Source: Candidatus Omnitrophota bacterium (lineage in GTDB: Bacteria; Omnitrophota; Omnitrophia; Omnitrophales; Aquincolibacteriaceae). Taken from it: a DNA stretch of 64,000 bases. Below, piece after piece: positions 47,901 through 56,736 of the stretch. Below the pieces are notes generated by a model. That model saw only the letters and a list, made by a program, of their open reading frames with translations, ran no database searches and was not told where the DNA came from. The first letter of the stretch is position 1. The number at the start of each line of letters is the position of its first letter. The stretch spans positions 54,520-118,519 of the forward strand of contig DAOSLF010000005.1 in NCBI GenBank assembly GCA_035368605.1, written 5' to 3'. Both the position numbers and the translations under genes were made by a program.

Positions 47901-50900
47901 AGATCTCGGCCGTGCTGTCCTGGTCGGGCAGCGTGATATCGATCGAGGTCCGGACCCCCTGGTTCGAGTTCGTGATCCGGAGCGTGTCGTCGACCTTTTC
48001 GGCCTTTGAAGGAGCGAAATAGCGTTCCGGGAAATTGCCGGCGACCGGCCACGCCCGTTCGGCGCTGTCCGGGGCCCTGCCGGTATCCACGAGATAAAGA
48101 ACGCGGCCGCAGGGATCAACAAGGTCATAAGAACGGCGGGTGACGTCGCATTCCTTGTTGATGACTTCCCCGTAGACCTCGGTGTTCTCTTTCATCGTGA
48201 TGCGGTACTCGCGATTCGCGACCGTGTAGCTTGCGATCTTCCGCCGGGCCGCGCGCCGGTGAAGTTTCCGGACGATCATGGAAACAACCGAAAAAAGAAC
48301 CACCGCGGCGGCGATCAGAAGCACGAGCTGCGGCCAGGACATCGACTGCAGCGCGGGGATCAATCCCTTGCCGCGATGCGCGTTCTGGATCTTTTCGGCC
48401 GTCCCCCAGACCTCGTCCCACTGCGCTCCGCGCGGAAGATAGAACGGGATCAGAAGCGGCGCCCACGTCGTGAACCGTTTGACGCCTTCGGGAATGTAGC
48501 GCTGGGCGGCCGCGGGACCGATGAACCGCGCAACCTTTTCATCCAGCTTGTCCATCCCGAGAAAGCTCAGGTTCACGAGCGTCGCGACGCGAAGCCCCAT
48601 GTGGTCCATCCAGATCAGGATCCGGAAGAAATCAAAGGCCAGAATCCAGACGAAGATCTTGAGGCTCCATTCCTGGAACGCAGGCGCGGACATCGTGAAG
48701 CTGTTCCACGTGGCGATACAGGTGCGGATCAAACCGTCCTGGTTATACCACGTCGCGACCGGCATCATGCGCAGGAACGTGTAGATGATCGGCGACATCC
48801 AGAGACCCCAACGAAGGACGTAGATCATCAGTTCGGTCAACTGGGCGAGACCCGCCTTCGAGAAGAAGAACTTGATCGGGGTCTTGTCCTTGTCGAAGAA
48901 CGCCTGCATGAACACCTTGTTGATAGCGAAAAGCCACGTGGCAACCGACCACTTGATGACGCCGTCGAGGGATTCCGTAAAAAGCAGTTTGACGCCGCCC
49001 CGGCAGAACCCGAGGTCCACCTGCCCCCATTTGCTGATCAGAACCGGCTGCACGTAACGGCCTTCGCTGCTGAAATAAGGGTACATCGTCGGGGTCATCC
49101 GGCCGGTCGCGTCGAAGGAAGGATAGGAGGCGATTTGCGCAGTCGTAAAATGCGACGTGATGTAAAGGTTGAATTTGTAGATGACGACCGCGACCTGCTG
49201 GGCGTCCATATAGAAGGCCAGCATGCCGCCGAGGAAACCGCCAAGGAGCGAATCGATAAAATAAAGTCTCCAGGACTGAACCTTCCCGCAACCTTTCATC
49301 ATGTAAACAAGGTCGCGGAAAAAACTGATGCCGCCGGATGCGAGAAACCCGATCATGAGCCCGAAGAGAATACGATCCGAGGTCGACCGATGGATGTAAC
49401 CCTGCACGATCATCGCGGCGATCCCGAAACCGGCCACCGCGCCGCGCGCGTAAAGCACGCGGTTCCGGTAGCTGTAGGCGAGCCGGTCAAAGAACGGCAT
49501 GCTGCCGTCAAAGCTTTCGATAATGGTCTTCGCGAACGGGAACACGATCGCCCCGAGCAGGATGCCGATCACGTACGGGAATGAGGCCATGACCTTCTGC
49601 GCCGCCGGCATCATGAAGATCGTCGCGAGCACGTAGAGGATCGTCATCAGGATGCCGCTGTACGCCATGCCCTTTTTCATACCGGTCGTAACGTTCCTGA
49701 AAATGGTGTCCTCGGAAGGGGCGATATGTTTGCCGCCATCCAGGAGGATACCGGTCACGAGGTAGACCTCTCCCCAAAGACCAGCGAACGAAAGGACGGT
49801 GGTCACCACGGAGACGAGGGCCCGTAGCGCCATCGGCCAGGTGCCGATCACAGCCGCGGAGCCGAGGTTCGCGATCGCCGGTGCGAGCACGACCGCGAGC
49901 GAGACCAGCAGGAGAAGGCCGTGCGCCCTGGGCGTTTTCAGGAACCGGCCTTTAGTCGCGTAGCTCATACCGTTCGAGAGGAGTTCATTGAAAACAAAGA
50001 CAACCACCAGCCGGCCGAGCCCGTCAAGGACCGCGGGCCACGCCGCGAGAAGACCGAAGGTCAGGGAGTACGCCATCGTCTTGATCAGGGTGGCATTTTC
50101 GAGGAGCAACAGCAGACCGACCAGATAGGGCGTACCGACGATCAGGGCCGCAGGAACCGGCGCCGCATGCTTGCCGGAAGAGCCCATCGCATTGGCGTTG
50201 AAGATCTGATAAACAAGGAAAGCGACCGCCGCCGTGAGCTTGTTGACCATCAGCAGGTTGCTCCACACCGTCGGGATTTGCAGGAGTTCCAGGCGGCTCG
50301 AGGAAAAAGCGAGCAGTGCCGCAATGAAGAAATCCTGAAAGGCTTCGGCCGGCGTCAGATGCCTGCCGATGTGCTTCACCTTGAGGCATTCCGCAATCAG
50401 CGCGCCCGCGAGACCGACAAGCAGGAACCAGAAACCCGCTTCGGCGGGACCTTTTAGTCCGAGGATGTAAATCCAGAGCGCGACACCCGCGATCGCGGCC
50501 ACGATCACTCCGTAGAAAAGATCCGTCAGCAGACGGGAGATCAAAGACACCCTGGCGGCTTCCGGAAGCGCCGCGACGGCCGGTTTCTTTACCGTCCGCT
50601 TGCCCGCCAGAAACGCGAGCAGGGCGAGGAAAAGACCTCCGAGGACCGCGGCCCCGATCTTGACGGGAAACAGATACCGTTGCATGAACGTGATCCTGGA
50701 GAAATCGGCGCTGAGGAACAGTGTGCCGCGCGCGGGAGCATCCCCTTTCGGCGTGATCACAAAAACCACTTCGGCGAGACTGCCAATATCTGTCCATCGC
50801 ACCGGTTTGCGGACGATGTTCCAGCCCGGCTTCAGGCCAAGCGGGACCGTCTTCGTTCCGACGCTTCCCTTGATCTCCGCCCGCACCGTGATCTTGTTCA

Positions 50901-51843
50901 GCTGATCGGCCTCGAGGACCTGATAGCTGAGGGTAACCGTATTGGTCTGCTCGAGTTCGGAAGCCGGCGGGAACTTTTTGGTCCAGACACGCATTTCGGA
51001 ACCCGGGACAAGGGTGTAGCCGGTATCAAGGATATCCTTCCGGATTTCTCCGTCGAAAGTCAGCGTGGCGGAACCCTTCGCGCCTCCGGTGGTCGTTGTC
51101 CCGTATTTTTTCATCTCCTGGACGAACGCGACCGCGGCAGAGCCCACTTTCCTGGCCGTTTCTTTCATTGCGGCAGACACTTTCGCCGCGGCCTGGCTCG
51201 CGGCGGCCGCCATCCTTTGCGCTTCAACCCTCGCCTTTGTCGCGGGAGCGGCCGCGGCTGTCCTTACAAGGTCCGCGGCAATATAAAGGGTTCCCCTGGA
51301 AGGGGCCTCGCCCGCCGGCGCGACCACAAAGGCGATTCCGCTCAGCGTCCCGATCTTCTCCCGATCGATCGTTCCCTGGACATGATTGATCCCCTGTTTA
51401 AGACTGACGGGCAGGCTCTGAACGCCCTTCGTGCCGAGGATCTCCATTTTCACCGTAACCGCCCGGGATTGCGCGGCTTCCGGAACGCTGATCACGGCCT
51501 TGACCGATGTCACCGGGGACACCGCCACTTCCGGGGGAAAATCTTTCGCCCAAACGCTGATGGAAGAACCGGTGGCAAGCGTGTAGGTGAAATCCCACAC
51601 ATCCTTCCGCAGGGATTCCTCATAAGTCGAGGTGATCGTTCCTTTCGCGTCTCCGGACGGGGTCACGCCCTTCGCCTTCGCGTCCTGGAGCCGGAAAGAC
51701 GCGGCGGGCTCATCGGCGGCCGGAACCGGCGACGGACCGCAAATTAAAAACGCCGCCAAGGCCGAGAAGAACACGGCCGCGAGGCGGCGTCGGGAAAGCT
51801 TCGGGAACGGAAAGGATCCGCGGGAGGGCGAGGCTTGATTCAT
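44977..51843 (-). CDS. Giant membrane protein (about 2288 aa from MNQASPSRG...). It has a signal peptide, 2 x ~130-aa periplasmic repeats, an ~850-aa polytopic membrane module of unknown family, and a ~1000-aa GH94-like glycoside-phosphorylase / cyclic-glucan-synthase-like C-terminal region.
   Basis: C-terminal motifs FGFRDQLQDT, GVGDWNDGLD and TGAAGWM fit the GH94 (alpha/alpha)6-barrel phosphorylase family. The first 75 codons of the listed ORF (44977..52068) fall in an AT-rich non-coding-looking stretch. An ATG at 51841-51843 begins a signal-like peptide RRRLAAVFFSALAAFLICGPSPVPAA. Confidence 0.8.
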   Translation of the reverse strand: MNQASPSRGSFPFPKLSRRRLAAVFFSALAAFLICGPSPVPAADEPAASFRLQDAKAKGVTPSGDAKGTITSTYEESLRKDVWDFTYTLATGSSISVWAKDFPPEVAVSPVTSVKAVISVPEAAQSRAVTVKMEILGTKGVQSLPVSLKQGINHVQGTIDREKIGTLSGIAFVVAPAGEAPSRGTLYIAADLVRTAAAAPATKARVEAQRMAAAASQAAAKVSAAMKETARKVGSAAVAFVQEMKKYGTTTTGGAKGSATLTFDGEIRKDILDTGYTLVPGSEMRVWTKKFPPASELEQTNTVTLSYQVLEADQLNKITVRAEIKGSVGTKTVPLGLKPGWNIVRKPVRWTDIGSLAEVVFVITPKGDAPARGTLFLSADFSRITFMQRYLFPVKIGAAVLGGLFLALLAFLAGKRTVKKPAVAALPEAARVSLISRLLTDLFYGVIVAAIAGVALWIYILGLKGPAEAGFWFLLVGLAGALIAECLKVKHIGRHLTPAEAFQDFFIAALLAFSSSRLELLQIPTVWSNLLMVNKLTAAVAFLVYQIFNANAMGSSGKHAAPVPAALIVGTPYLVGLLLLLENATLIKTMAYSLTFGLLAAWPAVLDGLGRLVVVFVFNELLSNGMSYATKGRFLKTPRAHGLLLLVSLAVVLAPAIANLGSAAVIGTWPMALRALVSVVTTVLSFAGLWGEVYLVTGILLDGGKHIAPSEDTIFRNVTTGMKKGMAYSGILMTILYVLATIFMMPAAQKVMASFPYVIGILLGAIVFPFAKTIIESFDGSMPFFDRLAYSYRNRVLYARGAVAGFGIAAMIVQGYIHRSTSDRILFGLMIGFLASGGISFFRDLVYMMKGCGKVQSWRLYFIDSLLGGFLGGMLAFYMDAQQVAVVIYKFNLYITSHFTTAQIASYPSFDATGRMTPTMYPYFSSEGRYVQPVLISKWGQVDLGFCRGGVKLLFTESLDGVIKWSVATWLFAINKVFMQAFFDKDKTPIKFFFSKAGLAQLTELMIYVLRWGLWMSPIIYTFLRMMPVATWYNQDGLIRTCIATWNSFTMSAPAFQEWSLKIFVWILAFDFFRILIWMDHMGLRVATLVNLSFLGMDKLDEKVARFIGPAAAQRYIPEGVKRFTTWAPLLIPFYLPRGAQWDEVWGTAEKIQNAHRGKGLIPALQSMSWPQLVLLIAAAVVLFSVVSMIVRKLHRRAARRKIASYTVANREYRITMKENTEVYGEVINKECDVTRRSYDLVDPCGRVLYLVDTGRAPDSAERAWPVAGNFPERYFAPSKAEKVDDTLRITNSNQGVRTSIDITLPDQDSTAEIWSITVENLTDRERQLKVVPYLEWVLNGWMHDRFHTQYQRLYPEMQYVNASNAMLSWNKSTKSMGFLASDIAPEGFLTGRVDFIGRARSIWSPRIVETLDFLEAKDTPACPTFDPIGSFLIHLPLAAGAKKTVKLMIGYAKKKEQALEMIAKHLKPDPKKIPSAFQPKKHALLIGHGEIPEGTPQPYYEFKNDGDRLLVKTPYTPRPFDHGMANPVHSVMVTNRGLHTSCNGNSQQNRVTPDWPDTVTREIPSEAIYLYEPDRGEWYSPTHHPLNDTAAKNECEFGVDGTAVFRMSKGNLSTELTVFVPTEDPMGVYLLTVRNHEDQARKIRVAPYFQMALAFQPERSGPLVTKYDKALDALFFENPRNTFRTGSAFVSMSIPADNVTTKRGCFFGSGRGPVDPYFVERAEPDALQMTDNAQVAAFVGTLEVPARGERTVAIILGQTDHRKHAIQLVQKYKNMEMVKTTLDETRKWWLGLMGTTTLQTNQPEFDRYLNWLKYQALAERIWARRGFYQTSGAFGFRDQLQDTVNLTWVDPALARKQIILHASQQFIEGDVFHWFFTLTDGRSAFSCRSHASDNLLWIAWGVGEYIRITGDDTILDEMTSYVTSEFPFAPLPKNKHGWGALYGRSTRADTVYRHCMRSIDTVLDHRMGRNGLPLMGVGDWNDGLDEIGSGGKGESVWLGFFLYYILREMLPAIERKDGVKRKEHYTAKMKDLATALEKTWRGDRYLRAIHDDGTEIGVKDSGVWEIDALTAAWSVYTGINFDRGVTIFNTALSVLERGSVILLGWPALREDTKPYLGRSSKYPEGVRENGMYCHGVQWLVRAARLIAEEYEKRGDRAKADEYRATSFRLWSKISPLAHVTPEEIEIYGGQPNKQPADFLTTFEPGRMIWNGYTGAAGWMLRQAFEGVAGATLIHNELILPRDISQPRGPIRVLKVERDVSKSPFKSGPALSNAQRKVAIYPPQAATA

Positions 51844-52116
51844 CTTTTTTTGACCTTTCTTTAATCGGTGAAGTAACTTTCGAAAAGATTCCCCTTGAAC
51901 ATGGACTTTCAGGAAAATGGACTTGCGAAAATATGACACCTGATCGAAGAATAAAGACGGCGTATTATACCCGGAAACCCGATTTTCGGAAGGTTTTGTT
52001 TTTATCAAAGGAATGTTATATGATGCCCCGCATGAACCCCGTTGGAGACAGGACCTGCTTTCCGGCAAGTCCTTGTCCGTCCCTTAACGTCGGCTTTCAG
52101 ACAAACCTGTCTTCTT

Positions 52117-53373
52117 ATGAGTAACCATAAAACAAAACACAAACGTCACTCCGACGGGTTAAAAGCCCTCCTTTTGACAAATGAGTATCCCCCTTACGTC
52201 TACGGCGGCGCGGGGGTTCATGTCGATTACCTGAGCCGGGAGCTATCCAGGCTTTGCCCGGTCGACATCCGCTGTTTTGGCGACCAGAAGATCGCGAGGC
52301 CGGGTTTCAAAGTGACGGGCTTCGGCCTGCAAGGGAAAAAACCGGGCGCCCCGAAGGAACTTCTTCCGGTTTTCGGCGCCCTGCGCCGCTGCGTGGATTT
52401 CAACGCGGCCGGCAGTGATGCCGACATCGTCCACGTTCACACCTGGTACACACACTTGGGCGGAATCCTCGCGAAACTGAACTACGGCATCCCTCTCGTG
52501 CTCACCACGCACTCCCTCGAACCCCTCCGGCCCTGGAAACGCGAACAGCTCGGCAATGGTTATGATTTCAGCTGCTGGATCGAGAAGACCGCAATCGAAA
52601 TGGCAGATGCCGTCGTCGCTGTTTCCGAGGAGGCGCGACGGGACGTACTCCGGCTCTTCCTCGTCGACAAAAGACGGGTCCATGTGATCCATAACGGCAT
52701 CGACCCGCAGGAATACCGCAAGGGACACGCCCCGGAGAAAATCCGCCGTTTCGGGATCAACCTTTCTAGGCCTTATGTCCTCTTCGTGGGCCGGATCACG
52801 CGCCAAAAGGGCATCATCCATCTCGTGAACGCCATCCGTCATATGGACCCGGGTTTTCAGGTCGTCCTCTGCGCAGGCGCTCCGGACACAAAAGAGATCT
52901 GGCGGGAAATGAAAGCGCGCGTGGCGGAGATCCGGAAAGAACGTCCGGGCGTGATCTGGATCGACGAGACGGTGGACGATCCGGTCAAGATCGCCCTTTA
53001 TTCCCATGCCGCGCTCTTTTGCTGTCCTTCAATCTACGAGCCGTTCGGGATCATCAATCTTGAGGCCATGGCCTGCGAAGTCCCCGTCGTAGCGAGCGCG
53101 GTCGGCGGCATCAAGGAAGTCGTCGTTCCGGGCGAAACGGGCACCCTCGTCCCGGTACGACAACACCGGGCCAGCCCCTTCGAACCGATTTTCCCCGGAA
53201 AATTCTCGGAAGACCTGGCGCGGGAGATCAACCGTCTGATGAAAGACGCCGCGCTCCGAAAGCGCATGGGCAAGGCGGGACGCCGGCGCGTGATTAAAAA
53301 TTTCAGCTGGCGATCCGTCGCGAAAAAATATCACGCCCTCTACCGCTCTCTCACCCGCCCCTCCGGCCGCTGA
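52117..53373 (+). CDS. glgM: GT4 glycosyltransferase of the GlgM / Corynebacterium-type glycogen synthase family (probable alpha-maltose-1-phosphate synthase)
   Basis: LLLTNEYPPYVYGGAGVHVDYL, HSLEPLRPWKREQLGNGY, FVGRITRQKG, VVLCAGAPDT and SIYEPFGIINLEAMAC closely follow the mycobacterial GlgM pattern. Start taken at MSNHKTKHK. Confidence 0.75.
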   Translation: MSNHKTKHKRHSDGLKALLLTNEYPPYVYGGAGVHVDYLSRELSRLCPVDIRCFGDQKIARPGFKVTGFGLQGKKPGAPKELLPVFGALRRCVDFNAAGSDADIVHVHTWYTHLGGILAKLNYGIPLVLTTHSLEPLRPWKREQLGNGYDFSCWIEKTAIEMADAVVAVSEEARRDVLRLFLVDKRRVHVIHNGIDPQEYRKGHAPEKIRRFGINLSRPYVLFVGRITRQKGIIHLVNAIRHMDPGFQVVLCAGAPDTKEIWREMKARVAEIRKERPGVIWIDETVDDPVKIALYSHAALFCCPSIYEPFGIINLEAMACEVPVVASAVGGIKEVVVPGETGTLVPVRQHRASPFEPIFPGKFSEDLAREINRLMKDAALRKRMGKAGRRRVIKNFSWRSVAKKYHALYRSLTRPSGR

Positions 53374-53458
53374 CCCAAAAACCATCCGCGCGGCCCGGAG
53401 CGGTCCGGATTTTCCGGTGAAAGATTCAATCCCGGGTCATTTCAATACCCGTGGCCAA

Positions 53459-54772
53459 CTATGGTCCCGTGACGACCTCCGGAATGATCCCCTTCTGCGC
53501 GTAGATGGGGCGGATCTTTGCCTTGACAAGGGGAAGCTTCCTCAAAAAAACAACGGCGCCCGCGACGCAGCAGGCGCCGCTGAAAAAGATCGTAAGGGAA
53601 GCGCCGATCCTGCCCGCGAGCCCTCCGGCCAGGAGACTCCCGAAAGGCGCCATCCCCATGAACGACATCGTGTAAAGGCTCATGACCCTTCCCCGCTTGT
53701 CTTCTTCCACAATGGTCTGAAGGATAGTGTTACAGGAAGCCGTGTGGACGATCATCCCGAAACCCGAGAACCAGCTGATAAGAAGCGAAAGGGAGAAACT
53801 CCTGGACAAGGAGAGCGCGATCATGCTGATCCCGAAAAGACCCGCCATCCGCGCGAGAACCTTTCCCAGCCCGACCACGCTCCTGCGCGCGGCCAGAAAA
53901 AGCGCCCCGGCCAGCGCGCCCGCCCCGGACATGGCCATCAGGAAACCGAGGGTATGCGGCCCGCCTCGGAAAACATCTTTCGCGAACACCGGCATCAGAA
54001 CCGGATAGGCAACGCCCATCAGACTCACAACCGACAGGATAAAAAGAATCCAGCGAATCGGCACGGAACGGAACCCGTAGGCAAGACCTTCCCTCAGTTC
54101 GTGCCAGATCCTTTGCTCCGGAATGAACAGCCTCCCGGCCGCGACCTTCATGGCACAAAGCGACAGCACCACGGGAATATAACTGACCGCGTTCAGGAAA
54201 AAGCAGACCCCTTCCCCCGCCCAAGCGATCAGGAGGCCGGCCGCCGAAGGCCCGATAAGCCGCGCCGCGTTTATCATCGACGAGTTCAGGGCGATCGCAT
54301 TACCAAGATCTTCGCGCTCCTCGACCATTTCGATCGTGAAGGATTGACGGACGGGAATATCGAAAGAATTGATGATGCCCAGAAAAGCGCTCAGCGCGAC
54401 CACATGCCACACCTGTATCCTTTGAGAGAGCACAAGAAAGGCCAGCAGGGACGCCTGCAAAAGGGCCGCGACCTGCGTCACGATCAGAAGGGATCGCCGC
54501 TCATGCCGGTCCGCCAGCACGCCGGCGACCGGCGAGATCAGGAAGGTCGGAATCTGCCCGACAAAGCCCACAACGCCGAGCCAGATCGGTGAACTTGTCA
54601 TGCGGTAGACCAGCCAGCCCACGGCCACCTGCTGCATCCACGTCCCGACCAGCGAGATTCCCTGCCCGAAGAAAAAGAGCCGATAATTGCGGTGCCGCAA
54701 TGCGCGGAACATGGATCGCAAGTCGATTCCGCGGGAAGGTCGGGGGTCCGGAACGCTCATGGCCGGACTCAT
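53459..54772 (-). CDS. MFS transporter (EntS/macrolide-efflux-like)
   Basis: 437 aa with 12 predicted TM segments and the MFS motif region LADRHERRSLL. Its start overlaps the macB stop (ATGA). Confidence 0.85.
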   Translation of the reverse strand: MSPAMSVPDPRPSRGIDLRSMFRALRHRNYRLFFFGQGISLVGTWMQQVAVGWLVYRMTSSPIWLGVVGFVGQIPTFLISPVAGVLADRHERRSLLIVTQVAALLQASLLAFLVLSQRIQVWHVVALSAFLGIINSFDIPVRQSFTIEMVEEREDLGNAIALNSSMINAARLIGPSAAGLLIAWAGEGVCFFLNAVSYIPVVLSLCAMKVAAGRLFIPEQRIWHELREGLAYGFRSVPIRWILFILSVVSLMGVAYPVLMPVFAKDVFRGGPHTLGFLMAMSGAGALAGALFLAARRSVVGLGKVLARMAGLFGISMIALSLSRSFSLSLLISWFSGFGMIVHTASCNTILQTIVEEDKRGRVMSLYTMSFMGMAPFGSLLAGGLAGRIGASLTIFFSGACCVAGAVVFLRKLPLVKAKIRPIYAQKGIIPEVVTGP

Positions 54773-56736
54773 TCGTACCGCAGGGAACGGATGGGATCAA
54801 GGGCAGCGGCCTGTTTCGCCGGCCAAAGGCCGAACAGGATTCCCACACCCGCGGAAAAAAGAAACGCGAGGCAGAGGGAACCGAAGGTAATGATCATCTT
54901 CCACTTCGCGAAGGTTGCGATCAGCCAGGAGACCACACCGGCCAGGGCGATGCCGGTCAGCCCCCCCAGAAAAGTAATCATAACCGCTTCCACGAGAAAC
55001 TGTACCAGGATATCGCGGGACGTGGCGCCAAGCGCCTTCCGAAGACCGATCTCACGCGTCCGCTCCTTCACCGAAACAAGCATGATATTCATGATCCCGA
55101 TCCCGCCGACCACGAGCGAAATCGTCGCAACGCTCCCGAGAAGGATCCCGAAGGTCCGCGTCGTACTGGAGAGCGCGGCCTGAATATCCGCAAAGTTCCG
55201 GATATTGAAACTATCGTAACGGTCGGGCGTCAGGTGATGTCGCCGGATAATCAGGGCGCTGATCTCCTCCTGCGCGGCGGGCATCGCGCCAAGCTCCGTG
55301 ATCTCCGCGTCAACCTAATCCAGATAGTCCTTCCCCATCAGCCGTTTCATGGCGGTCATGAGCGGGATCACAACCATGTCATCCTGGTCGTGAAAGGCGC
55401 TGGCTCCCCGAGAGGGCAGGATCCCGAGAATCTGAAAGTTCACACGATTGATCTTGATCGTTTTTCCGATCGGGTCTTCTGTTCCGAAAAGATTTTTCTG
55501 AACGGTCTGGCCGACCAACGCCACCCGCAAGCGTCTCTGATTTTCGTCCGAAGTGAAAAAACGTCCCGCAACGGGTTCCTGGTTCCTCATTGGGGCGTAT
55601 TCGGGAACCGCGCCGATCACCCGCGTGGTCCAGTTCTTGTCTTCAAACACAAGCTGTCCCTGACCGGTCACCTGGGGAGACACCCTCCTGACCGATGGCA
55701 CTGCGGCGATCGCCCGGGCATCATCAAGCGTCAGGCGCGTTGCCGCCCCCGCCTCAACGCTGGCGCCGCGAACCTTGACCGACCCGGGACGGATCGTCAA
55801 AAGATTGGAGCCCATTCTGGCAAGATCTTCCTTGACCGATTCCGCGGCGCCCCGTCCCAGGGCCAGCATCGTAATCACACAGGCCACCCCGATCAGAACG
55901 CCGAGGATGGAAAGGAACGACCGCAATTTGTTGTTGAGGACCACGCGCCGCGCCAGCCGGAAATGCTCGAGAAATTCCCCGTAATTGTATCTTTTTTTTC
56001 TCAAGCTTCCTCCCCGATCCAGGTCCGCAATCCCTGTCACGGACTGCTCTTTCGCGGGGATCCGCCGTTCATCGCTGACGATCTTCCCGTCATGCATCCG
56101 GACGACACGCTCCGCCTCTTTCCCCACTTCCTCGCCGTGCGTGACAAGCACAATGGTCATGCCTTGCCGGTGAAGCTCCTTGAAGATTCCGAGGATCTCC
56201 TGTCCGGCCCTGGAATCAAGGTTCCCCGTCGGCTCGTCGGCAAGAATCATCAGCGGTTTTGTCACAAGGGCGCGGGCGATCGCGACTCGCTGCTGCTGGC
56301 CTCCCGAAAGTTCGTTCGGGCGATGGCCGGTACGGTTCGAAAGACCGACCCTGGCAAGCATCTCCCGGGACCGGTCGAGGTCCCCCGCGCGGTCATCGGA
56401 ATAAAGCAGCGGGAGACAGACGTTTTCAAGGGCGGTGGAGCGCGCCATCAGGTTAAATTGCTGGAACACAAAACCGACCACCCGGTTTCTGAGGAAGGCA
56501 TACGCTTCGTCCGAAAGGCGGGAGGTGTCCCGGCCCATCAGACGAACCGTTCCGCTGTCGGGCCGGTCCAGGAACCCCAAAAGATGCATCAGCGTGGACT
56601 TGCCGGAACCGGAAGGCCCCATGATCGCGATGAATTCGCCGGCATGGATCGTCAGAGAAACATCCTGAAGCGCGCGAACCTCGACTTCGCCGATCTTGTA
56701 GGTTTTGGAAATGTTTTCGACTTCGAGCAGTTTCAT
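54769..56736 (-). pseudogene. macB: MacB-type ABC transporter (ATPase fused to FtsX-like permease) interrupted by a single in-frame TAG at 55315-55317. Listed as two ORFs, 55315..56736 and 54769..55284, both in the same frame.
   Basis: ORF1 has Walker A GPSGSGKST, signature [17 protein letters not shown]1 and most of the periplasmic domain. Reading through the TAG gives ...DYLD*VDAEITELGAMPAAQEEI... continuing in frame into the FtsX C-terminal TM bundle. Combined length is about 655 aa, the normal MacB size. Confidence 0.75.

Noticed and set aside
44977-52068. First 75 codons of the giant ORF (MPESRSCLQRG...)
   Set aside because: They are encoded by an AT-rich, promoter-like stretch between the divergent genes. 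A signal-peptide-bearing start (MNQASPSRG...RRRLAAVFFSALAAFLICG) begins at 51843, so the upstream codons are probably not translated.
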